Below, piece after piece: positions 19,854 to 30,507 of a stretch of 64,000 nt of DNA. Source of the stretch: an uncultured Gemmatimonadales bacterium (GTDB taxonomy: Bacteria; Gemmatimonadota; Gemmatimonadetes; Gemmatimonadales; Gemmatimonadaceae); NCBI GenBank assembly GCA_963793305.1, contig CAWBZV010000003.1, positions 256,001 to 320,000 of the forward strand, in the 5' to 3' direction. A model generated the notes under the pieces. That model saw nothing but the letters and a program-made list of their open reading frames with translations. It was not told the DNA's origin and searched no databases. The translations under genes and the position numbers were made by a program. Within the stretch, counting starts at the first letter, position 1. The number at the start of each line of letters is the position of its first letter.

Positions 19854-21773
19854 ATGCTCCATCTACTGGTCGCGGTAGGTCTCGCGGCCGCCCAGCCGAC
19901 TGCGCCCCGGGACTCGGTGATCCGGGACTCCATCTACACCATGTCGGTCGACAGCACGAAGTACCCCGAGCAGGGTACCGTGCTGTTGCTCGACGACGGG
20001 GTGATCAAAGTCGAGGCGGACGGCCGGCACAGCGCTACGTACCGACAGGTCGTCCAGATCCTGCGCGAGCGGTCGGTCTCCGCGCATCAAGAACAACGGT
20101 TCGTCTACGACCCGACCCACGAAAAGCTGACGCTCAACTGGATTCGCGTCGTCAAGCCCGGCGGCGAAGTCGTGAGCGACCAACCGGCGCAGACGCAGGA
20201 GTCCGACATTCCGGCCGAGATGTCGTCGCCGGTGTACGTGAATCGCAAGGTGCTGCGCCTGTCGCTGCGCGGCGTCGCCGTGGGGACGCTCGTCGACTAC
20301 TCGTACACCCGGGAGGAGCTCAAGCCGTTCCGCGCCGGTGACTTCTTCACGTCATGGAGCGTGACGGCGGGGACGACCGTCCGCCGGTCGCGCTTCCTGG
20401 TCGACGCGCCCAAGGACATGAAGCTCCGGATCGAGGAGCGAAACCTCCCGTTCGCGCGCACGCAGAAGACGTCGGACAACCGCACGCAATACCTCTGGGC
20501 GACGAAGGATGTCCCCTGGGTCAAGCGCGAGATGTTCGCCGCCGACTCGAACGACTTGGACGAGACCATCTACATCGCCGCACCCGGCGCGTGGTCGGAC
20601 ATCGGCCGCTGGTACGCCGGGCTGGCGAAGGACCGCTACGCGCCGTCGCAAGAGCTTCGCGACACGGTCCACGCGCTCGTGGCCAACGCGAAGACATTCG
20701 AGGACTCGCTGCGCGCGATCCACCGCTGGGTCGCGCAGGACATCCGCTACGTCTCGATCTCGCTCGGCATCGGCGGATTCCAGCCGCGATCACCGGACTC
20801 CGTCATCTCCACGGGATTCGGCGACTGCAAGGACAAAGCAACGCTGTTCGTCGCCGCCCTCGGCGTGCTCGGCGTCGAAGCGTACCCGGTCCTGCTCAAC
20901 GCGGGTGGCTACGTCGACCGGGCGATGCCGACGATTGGCCAGTTCGACCACGCGATCGCGGCGATCAAACGGAACGGCACGTACGAGTACACGGACCTCA
21001 CATCCGGCGTGACGCCGCTGGGCGAGCTTCCGTATGCCGACGAGGCACAGTTCGCCCTCGTCGTGCACAAGGATGGCCGTACCGAAGAAGTCACGCTGCC
21101 GGCCGATTCGGCGGACGCGAATCGACTGGAGACGCGCCTCACGGGGAAATTGTCGACGGACGGGATCTTCGATGGCCGGCTCGAGGAACGCGCGACCGGT
21201 ACGACCGCCGACGGCATGCGGGCGATGATGCCGGAGCGGTTCGACTCCGCGCAGCGCGCGAACGCGATGCGCGCGATGGCGCAGCACGTGTATCCTGGCG
21301 CGGAAGGCGACAGTCTCGTCGCGTTCAACGGCAAAGATCTCGAGGCCGAGCCCAAGGTCTCGGTGCTGATTCGCCACGGACAGGCAACGTCGCAGTCCGG
21401 ATCGACCAATGTGCTCACCGTACCGTTCGGCGGGAACACGCTGAGTCAAACCGCGAGTCAGCTCGAGGCGGCGCCGCAGCGGCGGTTTCCGATCGATGCG
21501 AGCAAAGTCCTCGGTCGCCTCAACATGACGTATACAGCGCGTATCACGCTGCCGGACGGGTGGCACGCCCGGCTCCCGCCAAGCCTCTCGGCGATCAGCC
21601 CATTTGGCACGTACGAATCATCGTACACGCAGAATGGCAACGAGCTGGTGCTGCAACGTCATATCGAGGGTGCGTCGGGCATCTATCCGCCGTGGAAGGT
21701 CGGCGAGCTCGTCGCCTGGCTCAAGCGCGCGGGCGCTGATCGCGTCACGGTCATCTTACTAGATCACTCGTAA
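19854..21773 (+). CDS. secreted DUF3857/transglutaminase-like domain protein
   Basis: Signal peptide; IRYVSISLG, GDCKDKA and FDHAI motifs. Confidence 0.85.
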   Translation: MLHLLVAVGLAAAQPTAPRDSVIRDSIYTMSVDSTKYPEQGTVLLLDDGVIKVEADGRHSATYRQVVQILRERSVSAHQEQRFVYDPTHEKLTLNWIRVVKPGGEVVSDQPAQTQESDIPAEMSSPVYVNRKVLRLSLRGVAVGTLVDYSYTREELKPFRAGDFFTSWSVTAGTTVRRSRFLVDAPKDMKLRIEERNLPFARTQKTSDNRTQYLWATKDVPWVKREMFAADSNDLDETIYIAAPGAWSDIGRWYAGLAKDRYAPSQELRDTVHALVANAKTFEDSLRAIHRWVAQDIRYVSISLGIGGFQPRSPDSVISTGFGDCKDKATLFVAALGVLGVEAYPVLLNAGGYVDRAMPTIGQFDHAIAAIKRNGTYEYTDLTSGVTPLGELPYADEAQFALVVHKDGRTEEVTLPADSADANRLETRLTGKLSTDGIFDGRLEERATGTTADGMRAMMPERFDSAQRANAMRAMAQHVYPGAEGDSLVAFNGKDLEAEPKVSVLIRHGQATSQSGSTNVLTVPFGGNTLSQTASQLEAAPQRRFPIDASKVLGRLNMTYTARITLPDGWHARLPPSLSAISPFGTYESSYTQNGNELVLQRHIEGASGIYPPWKVGELVAWLKRAGADRVTVILLDHS

Positions 21774-21818
21774 GACGTAGCGCGCGCCAACGTTACGACG
21801 ACGTGGCGTGTAAAGTAG

Positions 21819-24800
21819 ATGCTAATGTTGCCACGTCTTGGGGGGTCTGGGGGGCGTAGTTGCGGTTCGCCCCCCAGAGGAGAACAGACCAGTCGAGCGG
21901 CGCGAAGCGCTGCGTCGACGCGCCGCGGAGCGGCGTCACGTCTCTTTTGGATTGCCGTGCTCGCGCTGATCCCGGCGGTAATCCGGGCGCAGGTGGGCGT
22001 GTCCACCGACATCATCACTGGACAAGTCACGTCGCCCGACGGTCATCCCGTGCCGGGTGTGAGCATTCGCGTTGTCTCGACCGAGACACAGATCGGCCGC
22101 AACGCGACGACGAACTCTGACGGTCGCTACACGGTCGTGTTCCCCGACGGTGGTGGGAATTATCGCGTCGAGGCGCGCTTTGTCGGCTATCAGCCTTCGC
22201 GCCTCATGATCGGTCGCCAGGCCGACGAAGACCGGCTCGTCGCGAACATTCAGCTCGGGACATCGATCCCGACGCTCTCCACGGTGCGCACCACCGCGCG
22301 TCGCAATCAGCCGCGCGGCGATGCCGGTGGCACGGGTCGCTCGATGACGCCGCAGCAGCTCGACCGGTTGCCGATCGACGCCACCGACCCGAACACGATC
22401 GCGACGCTCGCCCCTGGCGTCGTCGGCATCGGCTCGACGGACACGACCGCGTCGTCGTTCTCCGTCGCGGGGCAGCGGCCAACGCTCAACAGCGTGACGC
22501 TCGACGGGACGACGTTCAGCGGCTCGGCGATTCCGTCCGAGGCCATTCGCAATACGCGCGTGATCACGAACACGTACAATGTCGCCCGTGGACAGTTCAC
22601 GGGCGGCCAGGTCGCGTCGACGACGCGCGGCGGGACGAACGTGCCGAGTGGGTCGTTCGGCTACTACTTCCGGAACCCATCGCTGGCGTTCGGCGAGCAA
22701 GGACCGAGCGCGTTCAGTCAGCTCCGCAATCAGAACCAACTGTCGGGCGGCGTCGGCGGGCCGCTCATGGTCGACCACATCTTCACGTTCAGCGCCTTCA
22801 ATCTGAGTCGTCGCGCGGACGACCTCGTGGATCTCGCCAACGACGATCCGACGACGCTCGCGCAGCTCGGCGTGCCGCAGAGCACCGTGACGACGTTCTT
22901 GAGGGCGCTGCAACAGAAGGGCGTGCCGATCACGAACGCGCTCGTGCCCGACTCGCGGTCGGTCGATAATCTCGCGGCGTTCGAGCGGCTCGATTTTCTC
23001 ATCGGCGACAACAATTCCCTGGTCGTGCGCGGCGATTTCCGCGGGCGGTTGCAAGACGGGCAGCGCGTGAGCCCGTACACGATCCCGACGGCCGGCGGCC
23101 ATCTCGACGGCGCGGGCGGCGGGATCTTTGCGTCGCTCACCACGCACTTGCCCGGCAACTTCATCAACGAAGTGCGCACGTATGGGCAGCGCGACTATCA
23201 GTCGACGAGCCCATACCTGAGCGGCCTCGCGGGACGCGTCAACGTGTTGCCCGAGACGACCTCCACATCGACCGGCATCACGACGTTCGGCTTCGGCGGC
23301 AATCCGGGCCTTCCCCAGTCCGGCTATACCGATCTCTGGGAGTCGACCGACGAGGTGTCCTGGCTCTCGCCGCGAGGCGGCCACCGGGTTCGTCTCGGCA
23401 TGCTCTTCGATCTCGGGCGCTCGTCGCAGCTCTACAATTTTGGCGTGAACGGCATCTACACGTACAACTCGCTGGCCGCGTTCGACTCCAACCAGGCGGC
23501 GACGTTCACGCGTTCGTTCAATGCCAACGCCTATCACGCCGGGTCGACCAGTGGAGCGGTGTACCTGGGCGACACGTGGGTCCCGTGGTCGCCGCTTCAG
23601 CTCACCTATGGCGTTCGCGTGGAAGGAACCGAGTATACCGGCGCTCCGGCCGAAAACGCTCAGGTCGACCATTTGTTCGGATTGAATACGAACTACTGGC
23701 CGTCAGAGATCCACGCGAGTCCGCGCATTGGCTTCACGTACTTCGTGCGCAATCCAAACGGGCCACCGGCAGCGGTGATACGTGGCGGATTTGGCGAATT
23801 CAGGGCCAACGCGCCATTGTCGCTCTTCTCCTCAGCGCAATCCGAGAATGGTCTCTCGAGCGGCGAGTCGCAGCTCATTTGCATTGGCCCGGGCGTGCCG
23901 TTCAACACGACCGCGGGATGGGGCGGATACTTGAACGGATCGACGCCGATTCCCACGTCGTGCAACAGCGGCTTCGGCACGTTCGGCGACAGTGTGCCCT
24001 TGAGACAGGTCGCCGGGTTCGATCGCGACTTCGAGTCGCCGCGCGCGTGGCGCGGATCGCTCGGCATACAGAAGCGGCTGTTCGGCACCGTGAACGGCTC
24101 GGTCGACTACTCGTATGCGCGCGGAATGGCGTTGTTCGGCGTGACCGATGCCAATCTCAATACGACGCCGGCGCTGTATCTTCGCGACGAAGGCAACCGC
24201 CCGATCTACAGTTCGCAGATCGACCCGACGACGGGCGCGGTCAGCTACGTCGGATCCCGGAAGGACGGGGAATTCGGTCAGGTCTGGGACATCAATTCGC
24301 GGCTCCAGTCGGAGACGCACCAGGTCACGGTCGCGATCAATGGCTTCACCCTACGCGGGATCGCGTACTCGTTGGCGTACACGTATCAGCACGCGCGTGA
24401 CCAGTCATCGTTCTCCGGCGGGTCGGCGTCGTACGGCTTCAGTTCCGCGACGACGGGCGGCAACCCGAACAACGTCGGGTGGGGCACGAGCGACCTGCAG
24501 CGCATGCACCAGTTTATCGGGACGTTCACCTACCCCGTTACACCATCGTTCGAGATCACGTCGATCGCCCGGCTCAACTCCGGCGCGCCGTACACGCCGA
24601 TCGTCAATCAAGACATCAACGGCAATGGCACGCGGAACGATCGCGCGTTCGTGTTCAATCCCGCGCAACTGCCGACGTACGACAGCGCCTACGCCGCGCC
24701 ACTCAAGGCGCTGCTCAATAGCTCATCGTCGCGCATTCGCGATTGCCTCCAGAGCCAGCTGGGCCAGGTCGCGGGTCGCAACAGCTGCGACGGCCCGTGG

Positions 24801-25580
24801 GCGCCGGCGCTGGATCTGCAGTTCAACTATCGCCCCGCGTACTTCGGGCTCGACCGGCGGCTCACGCTGTCGATCCTGGCCGTCAATTCGCTCACCGGAC
24901 TCGATGAGCTCGTGCACGGTCCGAATCACCTCGCCGGGTGGGGGCAGTCATTTCCACCGGACAACGTGCTGCTCTACGTGAAGGGGTACGACGAGACCAA
25001 CAACCGGTTCATCTATCAGGTGAACCAGCATTTCGGCCAGCCATACAGCGCGTACGGCGCATTCGCCGCACCGTTCCAGCTCGTGTTCCAAGCGCGCTTT
25101 GCCTTTGGCAACGTCACGGATCTCCGCAACATGTTCGGCGGCGGCGGCCGTGGCGACGGCGGCCGGCCCGGCGGGCCGGAGGGCGGTGCTGGCGCCGGCG
25201 CTCAGCCGATCTCGCTCGCCGATCAGATCGCGCAGCGGTTCGCGGATCGGTTCCCGAATCCGTTCGACCAGATCCTGGAGCTCAAGGACACGCTCGCACT
25301 CACGCCTGACGAGATCGGCAAGCTGACCACGGCCTCTGACTCGCTCAAAGAGCAAATCGCGACACTCAAGGGGCATGTGTCGACACAACTGGCGAAGCTC
25401 GGCAACAATCCCGATCCCGGCACGCTCATGTCACTCCTGCGACCCGAGCTCCTCGAGGCGCGGGGCATGAGCCGCGCGGCGCTGACCCAGGCTCAGGCCA
25501 TCCTGACCCCGGACCAATGGAAGAAGGTGCCGACCTCGATCAAAGAGCCGCGCCAGGGCGGCGGGGGCGGTCCGCGTTAG
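21819..25580 (+). CDS. TonB-dependent receptor-like protein (carboxypeptidase-regulatory N-domain) with a C-terminal helical extension
   Basis: ITGQVT...DGRY N-domain, plug motif GQFTGGQVASTTRGGTN, barrel strands, DINGNGTRND. Confidence 0.8.
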   Translation: MLMLPRLGGSGGRSCGSPPRGEQTSRAARSAASTRRGAASRLFWIAVLALIPAVIRAQVGVSTDIITGQVTSPDGHPVPGVSIRVVSTETQIGRNATTNSDGRYTVVFPDGGGNYRVEARFVGYQPSRLMIGRQADEDRLVANIQLGTSIPTLSTVRTTARRNQPRGDAGGTGRSMTPQQLDRLPIDATDPNTIATLAPGVVGIGSTDTTASSFSVAGQRPTLNSVTLDGTTFSGSAIPSEAIRNTRVITNTYNVARGQFTGGQVASTTRGGTNVPSGSFGYYFRNPSLAFGEQGPSAFSQLRNQNQLSGGVGGPLMVDHIFTFSAFNLSRRADDLVDLANDDPTTLAQLGVPQSTVTTFLRALQQKGVPITNALVPDSRSVDNLAAFERLDFLIGDNNSLVVRGDFRGRLQDGQRVSPYTIPTAGGHLDGAGGGIFASLTTHLPGNFINEVRTYGQRDYQSTSPYLSGLAGRVNVLPETTSTSTGITTFGFGGNPGLPQSGYTDLWESTDEVSWLSPRGGHRVRLGMLFDLGRSSQLYNFGVNGIYTYNSLAAFDSNQAATFTRSFNANAYHAGSTSGAVYLGDTWVPWSPLQLTYGVRVEGTEYTGAPAENAQVDHLFGLNTNYWPSEIHASPRIGFTYFVRNPNGPPAAVIRGGFGEFRANAPLSLFSSAQSENGLSSGESQLICIGPGVPFNTTAGWGGYLNGSTPIPTSCNSGFGTFGDSVPLRQVAGFDRDFESPRAWRGSLGIQKRLFGTVNGSVDYSYARGMALFGVTDANLNTTPALYLRDEGNRPIYSSQIDPTTGAVSYVGSRKDGEFGQVWDINSRLQSETHQVTVAINGFTLRGIAYSLAYTYQHARDQSSFSGGSASYGFSSATTGGNPNNVGWGTSDLQRMHQFIGTFTYPVTPSFEITSIARLNSGAPYTPIVNQDINGNGTRNDRAFVFNPAQLPTYDSAYAAPLKALLNSSSSRIRDCLQSQLGQVAGRNSCDGPWAPALDLQFNYRPAYFGLDRRLTLSILAVNSLTGLDELVHGPNHLAGWGQSFPPDNVLLYVKGYDETNNRFIYQVNQHFGQPYSAYGAFAAPFQLVFQARFAFGNVTDLRNMFGGGGRGDGGRPGGPEGGAGAGAQPISLADQIAQRFADRFPNPFDQILELKDTLALTPDEIGKLTTASDSLKEQIATLKGHVSTQLAKLGNNPDPGTLMSLLRPELLEARGMSRAALTQAQAILTPDQWKKVPTSIKEPRQGGGGGPR
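21846..21935. repeat. palindromic repeat, copy C, plus an adjacent G6/C6 hairpin
   Basis: GACCAGTCGAGC...TCGACGCGCCGCGGAGCGGCG (21887-21935) resembles copies A and B; TCTGGGGGGCG/CGCCCCCCAGA stem at 21846-21878. Confidence 0.7.
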
Positions 25581-26074
25581 AGTTGGACCCCGAACATCCA
25601 CTGCCCATAATAATTCTGGTTGAGACCGCGGCCTTCGAACGTGCGGTGGAATCGCAGCTCGCTGAAGAGCGAGACCTTCGCGGCGACCGGTACGCGCAAT
25701 CCGAATCCGACGTTTGTGCCGAAGTGACTGCCGCCACCGACGTATAAGCCGGTGTAGTAGCCGAGTCCGGCGAGAAAGTACGGGTGCACGCGCTTGGTCG
25801 GGATCGTGACGACGGCGTCCGCGCTCCCGCTCCACGCAGTGACCGCGCCGCCGCCATTGAGGTGAAACTGGTTGAACCCTCCCTCGAACCGGGCGCCCAA
25901 GGGCGAGGGGGTATCGAACCCGATGAACCCGAGTACAGAGTAGCCGACGTTGACGTTATACGTGTCGATCGGGAATGCCAGGCCGCCGCCGAAGCCGTAG
26001 TTCAGGCTCTGTGCGTTGGCGACGGACGCGAGCGCGGCGAACGCGCACGCGGTGAGTGCCGCGCGTACTTGCAT
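25577..26074 (-). CDS. outer-membrane beta-barrel protein (tandem paralog)
   Basis: Signal peptide; PYFLAGLGYY and FSELRFH; ends FGVQL. Confidence 0.8.
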   Translation of the reverse strand: MQVRAALTACAFAALASVANAQSLNYGFGGGLAFPIDTYNVNVGYSVLGFIGFDTPSPLGARFEGGFNQFHLNGGGAVTAWSGSADAVVTIPTKRVHPYFLAGLGYYTGLYVGGGSHFGTNVGFGLRVPVAAKVSLFSELRFHRTFEGRGLNQNYYGQWMFGVQL

Positions 26075-26091
26075 AGTTCGTTTTGGTTCGA

Positions 26092-26691
26092 TCAGCGTTC
26101 AGCGGTGACCGTTGGAAACGAGACGCCAAACACGAGCGGCAACATCGACGCATTGGCGTGCGGGCCAAAGTAATACAGATAGCGCGCCTCGGCGAATATG
26201 CCGATTCCGATGCCGGGACCTACGCCGAAAAGGCGGTACCGCGCACCTGCGCCGCCATCGAGGCCGAAGTGTGCGGCGGTCAGCGTCGGCACCGTGGGCG
26301 ATGGGCCGACAGCGGCCTTGGCTCGCAGGTTCTCTGACGTGTGATAATATCCGCCGCCGCCGATCACGTACGGAATGATCCCCTGTGGCGAGTTGGGGAA
26401 CGACCAGATCGCGTTACCAGAGATCGCCCAGACTTGCTGCGCGCCGAGGTAGTTGCTCGTGTGGTCGTACTCATCGTACAGACCTTCGAGTCGCACGCTG
26501 ATCGGGATGAACGGCGCGGTGTAATGCAGCCCCAATAGACCATTGAATCCCGGTGTCGCGGTGTTCGTCTTCAGTTGTCCGAACTGAAACGACGGGCCCG
26601 TGCCGAGGTCGAGGGACACCGGGATCTGCGCCGTGGCCTGGGCGGCCACGGCAGTGATACTGGCGAGTACTGCGAACCGAATCGCGCGCAT
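26092..26691 (-). CDS. outer-membrane beta-barrel protein (tandem paralog)
   Basis: Signal peptide; PYVIGGGGYY, FAEARY and PLVFGVSF. Confidence 0.8.
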   Translation of the reverse strand: MRAIRFAVLASITAVAAQATAQIPVSLDLGTGPSFQFGQLKTNTATPGFNGLLGLHYTAPFIPISVRLEGLYDEYDHTSNYLGAQQVWAISGNAIWSFPNSPQGIIPYVIGGGGYYHTSENLRAKAAVGPSPTVPTLTAAHFGLDGGAGARYRLFGVGPGIGIGIFAEARYLYYFGPHANASMLPLVFGVSFPTVTAER

Positions 26692-26718
26692 GCTCTCAAT
26701 CTATCGAGTGCGCACGCG

Positions 26719-27237
26719 CTAGAGCTGAATGCCGAATGTCAGAGGGATGTACTGGGTGTTCGCATTGATCACGTAGTGATAGCGCAGCTCGCCGAAGACC
26801 GAGAACAAGAGCGGGATGTGCGCCTTCACCCCGACCCCGGCATTGATGCCGAACTTGCTGGCGGATGTCCCGAGGCCAGGGCTGATGTCGGTGTAGTAGT
26901 ACCCCACGCCACCGATGAAGTAGGGCGCGATCAGAGGCGCCGGAATTCTGACCGTCGCGTTCGCGGTCGCGGACCAGACATTGTCGTGCCCTGCATCGAA
27001 CTTGACGGGCAGATGCACGAACGATCCATCGAGCCGCAGTCCAACCGGCAGCAGCGAAGACTCGATGCCGCCGAACACGAGCACGTTGTACCCGCTGTTA
27101 TCGATGTTGCTCGTATTGCCGACGGGCAACGCGAGCCCGCCGCCGGCGCCGAGCGTGGGGTGGATGATCTGCGCCTGTCCTCTGGGCGCGGCGATGAGTA
27201 TCCCGAAAAGTGCACAGACCAGGGCACGCGGATTCAT
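26719..27237 (-). CDS. outer-membrane beta-barrel protein (tandem paralog)
   Basis: Signal peptide; PYFIGGVGYY, FGELRYH and PLTFGIQL. Confidence 0.8.
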   Translation of the reverse strand: MNPRALVCALFGILIAAPRGQAQIIHPTLGAGGGLALPVGNTSNIDNSGYNVLVFGGIESSLLPVGLRLDGSFVHLPVKFDAGHDNVWSATANATVRIPAPLIAPYFIGGVGYYYTDISPGLGTSASKFGINAGVGVKAHIPLLFSVFGELRYHYVINANTQYIPLTFGIQL

Positions 27238-27392
27238 GCGCAGGGACCTCACAAGTTGTGGTGACCAAATAACTTCAATCGCGCCGACAGCGCGCGCGAT
27301 GTCACCACAAGTGGCAAGTCTCGTGCAGAGACGCGAGCGGGGCGCCCGAAAACCGGACGCCCCGCTCACTGACCTCTTCGTTCGCCGACGAA

Positions 27393-27614
27393 TTACCGGC
27401 CAGCGCCGCCCGACTTCACGACGTTCTCGGCTGCAGGACCCTTCTGCCCCTGCACGATGTCGAACTCGACGACATCACCCTCGGCCAGAGACTTGAACCC
27501 GTTGCCCTGGATCGCGCTGTAGTGGACGAAGCAGTCCTTCTGACCATTGTCCGGCGTGATGAACCCAAAGCCCTTCGCGTCGTTGAACCACTTCACTTTC
27601 CCGGTCGTACGCAT
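27393..27614 (-). CDS. cold-shock protein
   Basis: [15 protein letters not shown] and FVHYSAI (RNP1/RNP2) motifs. Confidence 0.97.
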   Translation of the reverse strand: MRTTGKVKWFNDAKGFGFITPDNGQKDCFVHYSAIQGNGFKSLAEGDVVEFDIVQGQKGPAAENVVKSGGAGR

Positions 27615-27748
27615 TCCTACTCCTGAGAGATTTTTTGTCTAGGGAGCGGAGCGCGCCGTACCCCGACAAAGCAATGACGCGGGACCTGTGAGCCCCCCGC
27701 GAACTGGACTTGTTCGCCGATTGGACGGATTCTCGGCTTACGCGCGCG

Positions 27749-27777
27749 AATATAGCGAGGACAAGTTGTCCAGGCAA
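27749..27777 (-). promoter_or_regulatory. sigma70 promoter of the cold-shock gene with a palindrome in the spacer
   Basis: TTGCCT-17-TATATT on the minus strand; GGACAAgTTGTCC palindrome at 27759-27771; implies a ~130-nt 5' UTR. Confidence 0.65.
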
Positions 27778-27801
27778 GCCCAAACGCTAAGGGTTTTTTA
27801 A

Positions 27802-28195
27802 TCAAAGAGGCGCAGGTGATACGCCGTCGACGAAGTATTCGGTCTCGCCCCAGCAGTTCGTCGGGAGACCTTTGTGCTGCCGGTAGTGCAGCGCGACGCG
27901 TTTGCCGATCTGCGAGTTGATCGCCGAGGCGATCGAGTCGCTCCGGACCGTGAAATCCCAGAATGAGCGGCTGCACACCCGGCTGCGTGGTCTGCGCCAT
28001 CTCGCCTTCCCACGTCTTACAGAGCCACCCCTTCTGCGAGAACTTCTGCACGAACCCCGCCCGCTCGCCCGTGGAATACGAGAAGAAGCGCGCGGCCAGC
28101 GTGTAGAGCACGAATACCACTATGATCGTGAGCACCAGCAACACGCCAATGTTCCGTATCGGATGCGTGCGACGGGGCTCGGCGGCTGTGGTCAT
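27802..28195 (-). CDS. conserved membrane-anchored hypothetical protein (one +1 frameshift at ~27962)
   Basis: TM helix, then YSTGERAGFVQKFSQKGWLCKTWEGE; continues WDFTVR...CWGETEYFV in the adjacent frame. Confidence 0.7.
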
Positions 28196-28225
28196 GGACC
28201 CGAAACTACCAATTAAGTTTGGGGC

Positions 28226-29454
<1,229 letters not shown>

Positions 29455-29455
<1 letters not shown>

Positions 29456-30144
29456 TGCTCGCGCTGCTTCTCGTCCTTCAGACAACAGTCGGCGCAATCA
29501 AGGGAGGGGTGATCGATACAACGAGACACCCGGTGCCCGGCGTCACCGTGAGCATCGTCGGCTCGACCATCTCCGCGCGCACCGACAGCGCCGGCGCCTT
29601 TCGCCTGAACAATGTGCCGGTCGGTCGCCAGATCGTGAGCGTTGGCCATGTCGCGAAACAGGTCGACGTCAAGCCCGACACCGCCATCGGCATCGTACTC
29701 ATGGCGCGCGACGTCGCGGCCCCGAGATACGTGTGGCTGGGCTGCAAACCGTTCGGCACCTGTAGCCAGATGCGCTACGTCGCGAGCTTGTTCAAAAGCG
29801 GTATTGCCCCTGGCGCCGGCGTCATTCGCGACTCGCTAGCCTGGTCGGCATTCCTGTCGCGCTACGCCACGGGAGACAATGCCGCGATCCGGGATGACAT
29901 CATCGACTGGACGCACGAGATGCTCGTGGTCGTGTGCGACGCGGGCATCAATCGCGTCGAGCGCCACCCGGACCGGCTGACCGTGCTCCTGGGCCCGGAT
30001 TCCATGACCGGCCCGATGTTCGGGCCAAATCCCGCGTTGCTCGCGACCGTGATCGCGGTCAAACGCACGACCCTGCCAGTCGAGTATCGCGCGATCCTCC
30101 CGATCACGCATGTCCCGCCGACGGTCGACTGGTCAGGTCAGTGA
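29455..30144 (+). CDS. secreted protein with a carboxypeptidase-regulatory-like domain
   Basis: IKGGVID...PVPGVTV...TDSAGAF pattern. Confidence 0.6.
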
Positions 30145-30507
30145 TTTGCTCCGGACGAGCATCCAGGCAAACCCGAGCGAGATCGCGACGCCCGTGACCC
30201 CCTGGGCGATTCGACCCAGCGCGATCTGCACGAGATCACCCAGGCCGTTGACGAGAAAGACACCGAGCGCGATATACCACGCCCAACGTTTGCCCCGCAG
30301 CAATCCAACGCCAGCCGCGCCGCAGACGGCGCCCAACGCGAGCAGCAATGCGCCGGCCAGGCGACCGATCGGCTGAAGAGCGGCATAGCCCCTCGGGTTC
30401 AGCGCCCCGAGCCCATCCAACACGGTACCGGGCACCACTAGCGAAAGGCCGACCAGCACCGCCATCAGCGTCGCGAAGAATAGAAACGCACTGACGACGA
30501 CGATCAC
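30133..30507 (-). CDS. small membrane protein
   Basis: Four hydrophobic segments; GTGA overlap with the upstream gene. Confidence 0.65.
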   Translation of the reverse strand: MIVVVSAFLFFATLMAVLVGLSLVVPGTVLDGLGALNPRGYAALQPIGRLAGALLLALGAVCGAAGVGLLRGKRWAWYIALGVFLVNGLGDLVQIALGRIAQGVTGVAISLGFAWMLVRSKSLT

